DNA of 64,000 bases from Candidatus Latescibacterota bacterium (lineage in GTDB: Bacteria > Latescibacterota > UBA2968 > GCA-2709665): positions 96,001 to 160,000 of the forward strand of contig CAXXJS010000020.1 in assembly GCA_963662665.2 (NCBI GenBank), read 5' to 3'. The translations under genes and the position numbers were made by a program. Each line of letters begins with the position of its first letter. Within the stretch, counting starts at the first letter, position 1. This document shows positions 19,932 through 29,235 of the stretch, piece after piece. The notes under the pieces are model-generated. The model saw only the letters and a program-made list of their open reading frames with translations. It had not been told where the DNA came from and did not search any database.

Positions 19932-19993
19932 CGGGATCGTTTGGTAGTTTGGTTTTCGACGTCGCGAACAGGCACCGGGAGACGCGCCTCCGG

Positions 19994-21550
19994 TTATTTG
20001 CCTTTCAGAACCGCAACCGGCAGGATCATCTCCTCAAGTGAAATACCGCCGTGCTGAAAACTATTCGCGTAATACCTCTGGTACTCGTTGAATTTCGTGG
20101 GATAGACGAAATAATAGTCCTCCCGCGAAATGATGTACGTGGTGCCCATCCCCAGATCGGGCAGGCGATAGACATCCGGATCGGCAACATAGAGAGCGTG
20201 CCGCGGGTCGCACCGAAGGTGTTTGCCGTATTTGTAACGTAGGTTGGTCGACGTATCCCGGTTTCCATGGGCAACGGTCGCGCGGGTACTCATTACACAG
20301 CCGTGGTCCGTTGTCAATACCACCGTGGTATCGGTTTCCGCGAGCTTACGCAACATTTCAAACAATGATGAATGAGAAAACCATGATCGGCTGAGCGACC
20401 GGTAAGCGGACTCGTTGGGCGCCATCTCCTTGAGAATATCCGATTCCGAACGTCCGTGCGCCAGAATATCAAGGAAATTGACCACGACCGACATCAGCGG
20501 GAACGACCGGTATGAATGCACCTTTTTCACCAGATGGTTGCCCTCGGCGATGTCCAATACCTTAACGTATCGCGTATCCAGCTTCAACGTGGGATCCAGT
20601 TCTTGTATCTGACGATCCAGGAGTTGATGTTCGTGCCGGTTTCGGCTGTTGTCGTCGTCCCAACCCGAACGCCACTCCTGCGGATACAACTCGGCGACGT
20701 CGCTGGGGAAGAGACCGCTGAAAATGGCGTTTCTGGAATAGGGTGTGGCGGTGGGGAGAACGGAATAGTGGTAGTGTTGCTCTATATTGAACATTTCGGA
20801 CAAAAGCGGTGCGATCGCCAGCCAGTGATCCAGGCGCATACAGTCCACAACCACGAAGAACACCTGCTGCCTGTCCTGAAGCGCGGGCAGCACATATTCA
20901 CTCACGACGTCGACCGACAATACCGGCGAATCCATATCGTCCCGAAGCCAGTGGGCGTAGTGGGTTTCCACGAAGCGTCCGAACGCCCGATTGCACGCCC
21001 GCCTCAAGTCCTCGTGCATCTTTCGCAGGCCGGCATCGTAGAACCGGTCCAATTCCAGATCCCATTCGGAAAGCTTCACATGGATATCGATCCAATCCTG
21101 CCAGGTCACGTCGCCTGCCATAGACGCACGAATACGGTTGGACACGGCGGCATAATCCAGTCCCATTCGCCCCGTCACTATCTGACGTGCATCGAGCAAT
21201 TTCTTGCATGCCGATAGTATCTGGCTGGGATTCACCGGCTTCGTCAGATAGTCGTCGATCCGATGGCCCAGCGCTTCCTCCATCAGACGCTCCTCTTCGT
21301 TCTTCGTAATCATGATTACCGGAATATCGGGGTTGATTTCCTTGATCATTGCAAGCGTGGAAAGCCCGCCTCGACCGGCCATCATTTCATCCAGAAGGAC
21401 GATATCGAACCCGCGCTGCTTCACCATCGCGATGGCGTCATCCCCGTTCGTCACTGGCGTAACCTTGTAGCCGCGAGATCCAAGAAACATCGTATGCGGC
21501 CTTAAGAGGTCAATTTCGTCGTCGGCCCACAGAACCTGCTTTTCTTTCAT
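19994..21550 (-). CDS. porX: PorX-type response regulator (receiver plus PglZ/alkaline-phosphatase domain)
   Basis: Receiver domain (WADDEIDLL, LLDEMM, MITKNEEE, DYLTKP). PglZ motifs VDCMRLD, SVLPTATPYSRNAIFSG, TTDHG, TNLRYK and FQHGGISLEEM. ATG 21550. Confidence 0.88.
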   Translation of the reverse strand: MKEKQVLWADDEIDLLRPHTMFLGSRGYKVTPVTNGDDAIAMVKQRGFDIVLLDEMMAGRGGLSTLAMIKEINPDIPVIMITKNEEERLMEEALGHRIDDYLTKPVNPSQILSACKKLLDARQIVTGRMGLDYAAVSNRIRASMAGDVTWQDWIDIHVKLSEWDLELDRFYDAGLRKMHEDLRRACNRAFGRFVETHYAHWLRDDMDSPVLSVDVVSEYVLPALQDRQQVFFVVVDCMRLDHWLAIAPLLSEMFNIEQHYHYSVLPTATPYSRNAIFSGLFPSDVAELYPQEWRSGWDDDNSRNRHEHQLLDRQIQELDPTLKLDTRYVKVLDIAEGNHLVKKVHSYRSFPLMSVVVNFLDILAHGRSESDILKEMAPNESAYRSLSRSWFSHSSLFEMLRKLAETDTTVVLTTDHGCVMSTRATVAHGNRDTSTNLRYKYGKHLRCDPRHALYVADPDVYRLPDLGMGTTYIISREDYYFVYPTKFNEYQRYYANSFQHGGISLEEMILPVAVLKGK

Positions 21551-21570
21551 GGCGTTCTTGCTCCCCGCCG

Positions 21571-22911
21571 TTAAGAAGCCTCCCGCGCTTCCACTGGCCT
21601 CAGGGGTAGTGAAATCAGGAACGTTGTTCCAATCTCGGGTAAACTTTCCTGAACGGAAATCCTGCCCCGGTGATAGTCTTCGATGATGCGTTTGACAAAT
21701 GCCAGCCCCAACCCCCATCCCCGTTCTTTTGTGCTGTAGCCGGGTAGAAATACCTGCTTCAGCAGATGGGGCTGGATACCTTTGCCATTGTCCCGCACGC
21801 GCACGTCCACCCATTCGCCTTCGGACCTCACCTCCGCTGAAATCTCTATCTTGCCTCCTTTGCCTTCCATTGCGTCCGCGGCATTCTTGAACAGATTTTC
21901 GAAAGCCCAGCCCAACAGCTGCCGATTCAGCGGGACCGGTGGAAGTTCGTAGTTTCGCTGCACAATCTTGACCTCACGGGAGAGTCGCCCGCGCAGATAG
22001 GACGCTGTCTCCTCGATCACACGACGCAGATTCTCCAGTCGGAGTTCGGGTGTGGAGCCGATGAGACTGAAACGGGATACGATCTTGTTCAGCCGGCTTG
22101 TATCCTCCTCCATGGCGACCACGATCTGATCGAATCGCCTGCGGGTCTGTTCATCAACCGGGCCGGAAGAATGCTCGAGTTCCGTCTTTATCAGTTCAAT
22201 CCAACCGTAGAGCGAGGAAAGAGGCGTGCCGAGTTGGTGAGCGGTCTCACGTGCCATCCCTACCCAGATCGACCTCTGTTCGCTGTTTTTGATATTGCGA
22301 AATCCGAGATATCCTACTCCGATAAATAGCGCCGTAACACAAAGCGCGACCCACGGCAGCCATGCCAGCCGTCGTACCAGCGGTGAATCGCCATAGTGCA
22401 GTACGCGGGGGCCGATCTGAGGAATTTCAAACGAATACGGCGGATTCTCGGTATCCAGCCGTCGAACGATCCGCTGCATCCGCCTCCGGTCGTCCGGACT
22501 GAGGTCTCCCGGGTTGCCCAGCGGAATTTCTATGGCCTTCCACATATGGGGCTCGCCCATGGAGTCGGTAATGACCACGGGGAAATTGGTATTGGAAATG
22601 GTCTGGAAGATAAATGCAACATCGAGTTCGCTGACGACCACCGTATCCTGGGTGGCCATACCGTAGAAGAAGGCCAGCCGTTTGATAATGTCGCGTGAGT
22701 CCCGACGCATCGGTTCGACAACGAAGATTTGCATATACAAGAGGAACGCCAGGATAATCACGGTTGCGCCCAGAAACAGATATGCGCCGAGACTGTGGGA
22801 GTTCTGGAGCCCCACCTTCAGACGCCCCCCCCGCACTACGGAAGCGCCCATTGTGCCGGCGTTCCCGGATCCACCCGTTCGACCTGTGACATCCCTTGTT
22901 CGTGCGTCCAT
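21571..22911 (-). CDS. Membrane sensor histidine kinase
   Basis: Two TM segments, H-box WVGMARETAHQLGTPLSSL, N-box ENLFKNAADA and G-boxes DNGKGI and GWGLGL. Confidence 0.92.
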   Translation of the reverse strand: MDARTRDVTGRTGGSGNAGTMGASVVRGGRLKVGLQNSHSLGAYLFLGATVIILAFLLYMQIFVVEPMRRDSRDIIKRLAFFYGMATQDTVVVSELDVAFIFQTISNTNFPVVITDSMGEPHMWKAIEIPLGNPGDLSPDDRRRMQRIVRRLDTENPPYSFEIPQIGPRVLHYGDSPLVRRLAWLPWVALCVTALFIGVGYLGFRNIKNSEQRSIWVGMARETAHQLGTPLSSLYGWIELIKTELEHSSGPVDEQTRRRFDQIVVAMEEDTSRLNKIVSRFSLIGSTPELRLENLRRVIEETASYLRGRLSREVKIVQRNYELPPVPLNRQLLGWAFENLFKNAADAMEGKGGKIEISAEVRSEGEWVDVRVRDNGKGIQPHLLKQVFLPGYSTKERGWGLGLAFVKRIIEDYHRGRISVQESLPEIGTTFLISLPLRPVEAREAS

Positions 22912-23360
22912 CGTCGCGTCTCCCGTCTTCTACCTCAACGTCCTGGGTCTCCGTAGGTTCCGTGCCATCCGCTCAACGTCAGCGTTCGAGTACGCTCGGC
23001 CCCGTCGTTCGGCTCCAGCTTGCATGATCACGTATCATGACCCGCCGGCCTCGCCTTTCCGATCCGGGCCTGCGTCGCAATACGGGCAACGAGGTGTTCA
23101 CACGTGAGTTTTCCGGCGGCCGGAATACCCGGCCCGGACTGTACGTCGACGCACAGCAAGTATACAAACTTTCCAAGCACCCAGTCAACCAAAGAAAAAC
23201 CGTTTGCAAAAATTCTTTCATTTTTATATATTTAGAACCATCAATTTCCGGGGAGACGAGGCATACTTACAAGAAACCGGAACGGCGTTCGGACGTCAAC
23301 TTCCATGGTTCTTGAGCATGGCCTGTTTAACCTGGAAACGGAAAGGAGGGAGTCCCGCTT

Positions 23361-23558
23361 ATGGCCAGGGTTGTGGTGAGAGATGACGAGCCATTTGAAA
23401 AAGCGCTGAAAAGGTTCAAGAAAACCTGCGAAAAAGCAGGAATAATGACCGAGATGAAAAAGCATCAGCATTTCGAGAAACCCAGCGAGCGCCGTAAACG
23501 AAAAATCGCCGCGGCAAAACGCAAACGCCTGAAGTTTGAAACGCGATTCAACCAATAA
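23361..23558 (+). CDS. rpsU: 30S ribosomal protein S21
   Basis: E.FEKALKRFKK.CEKAGI..E.KK..HFEKPS motif and a strong AGGAGG RBS. Confidence 0.97.
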   Translation: MARVVVRDDEPFEKALKRFKKTCEKAGIMTEMKKHQHFEKPSERRKRKIAAAKRKRLKFETRFNQ

Positions 23559-23583
23559 GACAAAATCGTGAGTAATGGCAACG

Positions 23584-23624
23584 ACAACCGCACCGATTCG
23601 CTTTCGGATGCGGTTGTATTTTTT
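23584..23624 (+). terminator. Rho-independent terminator after rpsU
   Basis: ACAACCGCACCGA...TCGGATGCGGTTGT stem followed by ATTTTTT. Confidence 0.7.
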
Positions 23625-23766
23625 GGGCTTCGTTGTTTAGGCGGACCGCCGGAATCAATAAAGTTGCGGTACCGCCCGTGTTTCCATCTGGTGTTGTGAT
23701 CCGGACATAGATTGCCGAATCGCGAAATATTCCCGGGACGGGACACGCGGCCAGAGGGAGGACCGA

Positions 23767-24438
23767 ATGAACATCGTCGATCTGATCCTGGTGATCGGGC
23801 TCTGCTGGATGGCCTTCAGAGGGTGCCGCATCGGACTGATCCGGGGCCTGGTCGGTCTGGTCAGTCTTGTTGTGGCTTATGGACTCGGCCTCGCGTACGG
23901 CGGCGTGGTCTCGGAGTGGATTTCGGGCGGGGACGCCGGCCACGGCCCTGCGTTGCTTGGATTTGTCTGCGTATTCTTCTCGACGATAGTTGGGTGTTAT
24001 ATTCTTGGCCGCATGCTTCAGGCGGTCCTCAAGGCCACTCCCTTCGGTGTTGTGGACACGCTGTCGGGCGGCGTATTCGGCCTCGCGCAGGGAGTACTCC
24101 TTCTGGGATTGCTTATCCTGTTGCTGCGGACGTATTCCCCTCATCCCGGGATTAAGGCGTACATAGACGACGCCCGGCTGACGCGTCACGTTCAGCAGGC
24201 CTGCCTGGTCTTGATGGGTGCCGTGAAGTCCGCCATTCCGCGAGGATCTGAACTCTACAAACACCTCGTGCCGGAGCAGCAGAAGCCATCGATCCATGCC
24301 ATCGTGGAAAGTATGACCAAGGGTACCGGAAAGGCACGTGCCAGGCTGAATGGACTCATCGAGGAATCTCAGGAGAAAGAAAAACAAACGTCAGGGGATC
24401 CCCAACCGTCCTCATCTACGGACAAACAGAAACAATAG
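23767..24438 (+). CDS. cvpA: CvpA (colicin V production) family membrane protein
   Basis: MNIVDLIL..G...G..RG start, DTLSGGVFG motif, hydrophobic helices and cvpA-mutS2 synteny. Confidence 0.8.
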   Translation: MNIVDLILVIGLCWMAFRGCRIGLIRGLVGLVSLVVAYGLGLAYGGVVSEWISGGDAGHGPALLGFVCVFFSTIVGCYILGRMLQAVLKATPFGVVDTLSGGVFGLAQGVLLLGLLILLLRTYSPHPGIKAYIDDARLTRHVQQACLVLMGAVKSAIPRGSELYKHLVPEQQKPSIHAIVESMTKGTGKARARLNGLIEESQEKEKQTSGDPQPSSSTDKQKQ

Positions 24439-24508
24439 GACACGGCGCTGACGCCGGGTTCATTCTTCGCGGGAAATTTCTCATGCTTTCCTGCCGATAC
24501 ACGACCTT

Positions 24509-26881
24509 ATGACCCTACCGTCCAAAACCCTCCAGACGCTCGAATTCAATAAGATTCTCAACTTCATCGCGAAACGCGCCGTTTCCATGCCAGGACGGGA
24601 CGAAGTCGAAAGTCTTGCCCCGTCGGAGGATCCCGTTCGGATTGAAGCCCGACTCCGCCCTGTACTCGAAGCCATGGATGTGATCGGGTACGACGACCCC
24701 CTGCCGATCGGACGCATGCCCGATGTTCGCGCGTCGATTCGGACCGCCGCCGCACCGGGTACGACGCTTACCATCGGCGAACTGATCCAAATTGACGAAA
24801 TTGCCCGGATGTCACGCCGCTTGCTGGAATACTTCCTCAAAAGGAAACCGAAATATCCCCGTCTCCAATCGCTCGTATCCGGGTTGTCCGTGCATCCCGA
24901 TCTGGAAGCGCATATTCAGCGATCCATCGATCCATCGACGGAGACCGTCAAAGATACCGCCAGCACCGAATTGAAACGGGTCCGGCGCAACCTGGAACAA
25001 ACCCGATCGGGCATCCGCAGTTCCGTTGAGGGTATCCTGAACAGGCTCCCCGATACAGTCGTACAGGAGCGGCTGATCACCATCCGGAACGGCCGCTTCG
25101 TTATACCGGTACGGGAAAATCAGAAACACCGGCTGGAAGGGCTGGTGCATGATCAATCGGCCAGCGGCGCCACACTCTTTGTTGAACCCATGGCGACACT
25201 GGCGCTCAACAACCGGCTTCGACAACTCGAACTGGCCGAGCAAAAGGAGGTAAGACGCATCCTTCGTGAACTTACCGGAAACGTTGCGGAAAACAGCGAC
25301 AGCCTGCAGGAAAACCAAAATATTCTGGGGAAGTTCGATGCGTTGTACGCGATGGCCGGCTTTTCCCGCGAACTGGAGTGCAGCGAGCCAATTTTCAACC
25401 TGGACGGACGCCTCGAACTCCACGACGCCCGGCATCCCCTTCTCGTCAGCCGCCTTCGCGGTGAGAACAGGCCTGATTCCATTGTCCCGCTTAAACTTAC
25501 AATGGGAATCGATGACGTTCGCACCCTCGTCCTGACCGGCCCGAACGCCGGTGGCAAAACGGTAGCCCTCAAAACCGTCGGCGTGCTTGCACTGATGGCT
25601 CAGGCAGGCTTGCCCGTACCAGCCGCGGAACACTCGCAATTTCCCATCTTCACCGGTGTTTTTGCGGATATCGGCGATGCACAGTCCATCGAGAACGACC
25701 TCAGCACGTTTTCATCCCACGTGTCGAATCTGGTTGAGGTCACCAACCATGCCGAGGCCCGGTCGCTCGTTCTTCTCGACGAAATTGGCGCCAGCACCGA
25801 CCCCGACCAGGGCGCGGCCCTGGCGATGGCGCTACTGAACAGGCTTACGGAACGGAGCTGCCTGACCGTCGCCACCACCCATCACGGCGCACTCAAAGCC
25901 TTTGCTCACCGTACCGAGGGTATGGTCAACGGCTCCATGGCCTTCGACGCGGCCACGCTGACCCCCACTTTCCGACTTCGTCTCAACACGCCCGGCAGCA
26001 GTTATGCCTTCGAGATCGCCCGCCGGCTCAATATGCCATCCAGCATCGTTGACGAAGCCGAGCGCATCGCGGGCAGCGATATCGGCCGTCTGGAAACCCT
26101 CATCGCGGATCTTGACGAAACCTGCCAACACTATAACGAAGAGCTGGAACGAGCCCGTACCATCCGGCGTGAAATGGAAGGCGTGAAAACGGAGTACAAT
26201 AATCGCCTTAAGGAAGTGGAACAGCGGGAGAGGGCGCTCAAACGCAGCGCCGAAGAAGAGGCCCGACGCATTCTGGACGGAGCCAATGCCCTCATCGAAC
26301 GCACCGTTTCCGATCTCAGACAGCGCAACGCAGACAGGAATGCTATCAAGAAAGCCCGGGCCGAGATCCGGCAGGCGCGGCAGGAACTTTCGGACTCGGG
26401 CGCAGGATTTGATGCGCCACCGCCCGCACTCGAACCCGGTTGCCGGGTGCGGGTGCGGAGCCTGGGAAAAGAGGGTACCGTGGCAGCCGGCCGGATCGAG
26501 GGTTCCCGCGTGTCGGTTGAAGTCGGCAACGTACGCCTGCAGGTGCGGCGGTCCGACCTCGAACTGTTGGAATCCGCCGAAGAGACGTCTTCAGAGGCCG
26601 CCAGAATCGGGTTTGCGAGGCGCGATTCCGTTGCAGCCGAGGTGGATTTGCGAGGAATGACCGTCGATGAGGCCGTGGATACAGTCGACAGATACATCGA
26701 CGAACTCTACCTGGCCGGAATGCAGCACGCGGCGGTGATCCATGGAAAGGGCACGGGCGCGCTTCGGAGGGCCATTGGCGACCACCTCCAGAGCCACGAA
26801 TTCATCAGATCACAGCGCCTGGGACGGCACAACGAGGGCGGCACTGGTGTCACGGTCATCACGCTGTCGCTGGATCCCTGA
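24509..26881 (+). CDS. mutS2: Endonuclease MutS2
   Basis: LEF.KI, HDQSASGATLFVEP, TGPNAGGKT, DIGD.QSIE..LSTFSSH and a C-terminal Smr domain (DLRGM, IHGKGTG). Confidence 0.95.
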   Translation: MTLPSKTLQTLEFNKILNFIAKRAVSMPGRDEVESLAPSEDPVRIEARLRPVLEAMDVIGYDDPLPIGRMPDVRASIRTAAAPGTTLTIGELIQIDEIARMSRRLLEYFLKRKPKYPRLQSLVSGLSVHPDLEAHIQRSIDPSTETVKDTASTELKRVRRNLEQTRSGIRSSVEGILNRLPDTVVQERLITIRNGRFVIPVRENQKHRLEGLVHDQSASGATLFVEPMATLALNNRLRQLELAEQKEVRRILRELTGNVAENSDSLQENQNILGKFDALYAMAGFSRELECSEPIFNLDGRLELHDARHPLLVSRLRGENRPDSIVPLKLTMGIDDVRTLVLTGPNAGGKTVALKTVGVLALMAQAGLPVPAAEHSQFPIFTGVFADIGDAQSIENDLSTFSSHVSNLVEVTNHAEARSLVLLDEIGASTDPDQGAALAMALLNRLTERSCLTVATTHHGALKAFAHRTEGMVNGSMAFDAATLTPTFRLRLNTPGSSYAFEIARRLNMPSSIVDEAERIAGSDIGRLETLIADLDETCQHYNEELERARTIRREMEGVKTEYNNRLKEVEQRERALKRSAEEEARRILDGANALIERTVSDLRQRNADRNAIKKARAEIRQARQELSDSGAGFDAPPPALEPGCRVRVRSLGKEGTVAAGRIEGSRVSVEVGNVRLQVRRSDLELLESAEETSSEAARIGFARRDSVAAEVDLRGMTVDEAVDTVDRYIDELYLAGMQHAAVIHGKGTGALRRAIGDHLQSHEFIRSQRLGRHNEGGTGVTVITLSLDP

Positions 26882-27090
26882 TGACCGGCAATGATTCTCG
26901 TTGGAAACCACGTACAGCCGACTCCCGCTCTCACCGCGGGGCTCGGGCAACAGGTACCCCTCCCCATTTGTTCACAGCAGACGTTCGCCTGATTCGCTGA
27001 ACGCTTGTCACTTCCCCACGCACGTTTCTTCCCCCAACCAACGGGATTCCCCCGGCGTTCAGCGGTATACGATTACCGCAATGGCACCAA

Positions 27091-27119
27091 TTGACACGTC
27101 ATCGGGTTTCCTCTATATT
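27091..27119 (+). promoter_or_regulatory. sigma70-type promoter for ispG
   Basis: TTGACA-17 bp-TATATT. Confidence 0.65.
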
Positions 27120-27175
27120 AGGACCGAGCCGGATTCAGAAACCCCTCCCGTCCGCCTTTAACAAACGCCTGCCCA

Positions 27176-29116
27176 ATGCTCATTACCGACCTGCAGACCG
27201 AACATCGAGAATACTGCAACAGCCTTACCGGGTACAGCCGTTACCGGACGCGGGAAGTGGGCATCGGCGGCATTTACCTTGGCGGGGACAATCCCATCCG
27301 CATACAGTCGATGACGACGACGGATACCATGGATACGCTCGCCACGGTTGAGCAGTCCATCCGGATCATTGAAGCGGGGGCGGACTACGTGCGCATCACA
27401 GCACCCAGCCAGCACGACGCGCGCAACCTTGAAGCGATCAGAAATGAACTCCGCGCAAGGGGGTATGAGGCACCGTTGATCGCAGACATTCACTACACGC
27501 CCAATGCGGCTGAGATCGCTGCCCGGATTGTCGAGAAGGTGAGGGTCAATCCGGGCAACTACGCCGACAAGAAAAAATTTCAGATCGTTGAATACACCGA
27601 CGAGCAATACGCGGCCGAGATAGAACGCATCCGGGTGAAATTCACGCCGCTGGTAAACGTCTGCAAAGAATACGGTACTGCCATGCGCATCGGCGCCAAC
27701 CACGGCTCCCTGTCGGACCGCATCATGAGCCGGTTCGGCGATACGCCATTGGGGATGGTCGAATCAGCACTGGAATTCGCGCGTATCTGCGCCGACCTGG
27801 GCTACCACGAGATCGTCCTGTCCATGAAAGCCAGCAATCCCCAGGTCATGATTCAGGCCTACCGCCTCCTGGTCAACCGCATGGAAGCCGAGGGTTTCAA
27901 TTATCCGCTTCACCTCGGCGTCACAGAGGCAGGCGAAGGCGAAGACGGCCGCATCAAGTCCGCCGTAGGCATTGGCGCACTTCTGGAAGACGGCCTGGGC
28001 GATACCGTTCGCGTCTCTCTAACCGAAGATCCCGAAGCCGAGATTCCCGTTTGTATCCGCCTGGTCGAAAGATACGCCATCCGGCCGGGTCATCCCTCGA
28101 TCCCCCCGATCGTCCGGAACCCGATTGACCCGTATTCCTATGCCCGGCGGCAATCCCGGCCCGTGGACCGGCTGGGCGGCGAGAATGTACCGGTCGTGAT
28201 CCTCACACCTGGATACCCGGCGTCTCCGGAGAACCTGTCACCCATCGGCTATCAATACGACGCCGGGCTGGACAAATGGAATATCGCGGACATGGCGCCG
28301 GACTTCATCTATCTGGGCAGCCGGGACATCGACTTCGGCCTGCCGGGAACCCTCGGAAAAATCCTTGATTCCGGCACCTGGCGCGCCAACCCCGATGCAT
28401 CGAACGCCTATCCGTTGTTCGATCTGGCCGCCTTTCAGGACGATCCTTATCGCTCCGCACGTCTGAATTTCGTCCTCGCCGAACCCAATGACCTCAACCC
28501 GGCCGCGTTGGATACGCTTCAGCAGGCCGCCAACTGCGTGCTCATCCTGCAGACCGATAATCCGCACGCCATGCCCGATATGCGCCGGGCCATGATTGAA
28601 CTCCTGGAACGTGAAATCCGGATTCCCGTCATATTCAGAAGGGAATACCGGAACATCCACAACGACGCGCTCATGCTGCACGGCGCCATCGACACCGGCG
28701 GGCTGCTCACCGACGGCCTCGGCGACGGTATCTGGCTGTCGTCGCCCGACGCTGATCCCGGTGACCTCAACCGGCTCTCGTTCGGTATCCTTCAGGCAAC
28801 GCGCACGCGCATCTCGAAAACCGAGTATATCTCCTGCCCTTCTTGCGGACGCACCCTCTTCGACCTGCAGGAAACCACCGCCCTGATTCGCAATCGCACC
28901 AACCACCTTAAAGGCGTCAAAATTGGCATTATGGGGTGCATCGTCAACGGCCCCGGAGAAATGGCCGACGCGGACTACGGCTACGTCGGCAGCGGTCCGG
29001 GTCAGATCACGCTGTACCGCGGCAGGGAGATCGTCAAACGTAACGTCCCCACAGCCGTTGCGGTCAATGAACTGATTGAACTGATCAGGGAAGACGACCG
29101 GTGGGTGGATGCCTGA
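27176..29116 (+). CDS. ispG: HMBPP synthase, long three-domain form
   Basis: IRIQSMT, ADIH, RVNPGN, HLGVTEAG and Fe-S ligands SCPSCGR...MGCIVNGPGE. Central insert domain of roughly 250 aa. Confidence 0.95.
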   Translation: MLITDLQTEHREYCNSLTGYSRYRTREVGIGGIYLGGDNPIRIQSMTTTDTMDTLATVEQSIRIIEAGADYVRITAPSQHDARNLEAIRNELRARGYEAPLIADIHYTPNAAEIAARIVEKVRVNPGNYADKKKFQIVEYTDEQYAAEIERIRVKFTPLVNVCKEYGTAMRIGANHGSLSDRIMSRFGDTPLGMVESALEFARICADLGYHEIVLSMKASNPQVMIQAYRLLVNRMEAEGFNYPLHLGVTEAGEGEDGRIKSAVGIGALLEDGLGDTVRVSLTEDPEAEIPVCIRLVERYAIRPGHPSIPPIVRNPIDPYSYARRQSRPVDRLGGENVPVVILTPGYPASPENLSPIGYQYDAGLDKWNIADMAPDFIYLGSRDIDFGLPGTLGKILDSGTWRANPDASNAYPLFDLAAFQDDPYRSARLNFVLAEPNDLNPAALDTLQQAANCVLILQTDNPHAMPDMRRAMIELLEREIRIPVIFRREYRNIHNDALMLHGAIDTGGLLTDGLGDGIWLSSPDADPGDLNRLSFGILQATRTRISKTEYISCPSCGRTLFDLQETTALIRNRTNHLKGVKIGIMGCIVNGPGEMADADYGYVGSGPGQITLYRGREIVKRNVPTAVAVNELIELIREDDRWVDA

Positions 29117-29235
29117 ACGCCGTTCGCGCCGGCCCCGACAGTCGACATCCCCGCCGTCCGGTGTTTACACCGGCTTCATCGCGTTGGCGTTTCCGCAACG
29201 CTGTTTTTGTTTCAACCCGACTGGTAACCCGTGAC

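Noticed and set aside
19994-21550. PglZ domain as a BREX system
   Set aside because: It is fused to a receiver domain in PorX architecture, and no brxC, pglX or brxL genes are present.
27176-29116. Extra-long IspG as a novel fusion
   Set aside because: The three-domain IspG form is already known from plants, Chlamydiae and Bacteroidota.
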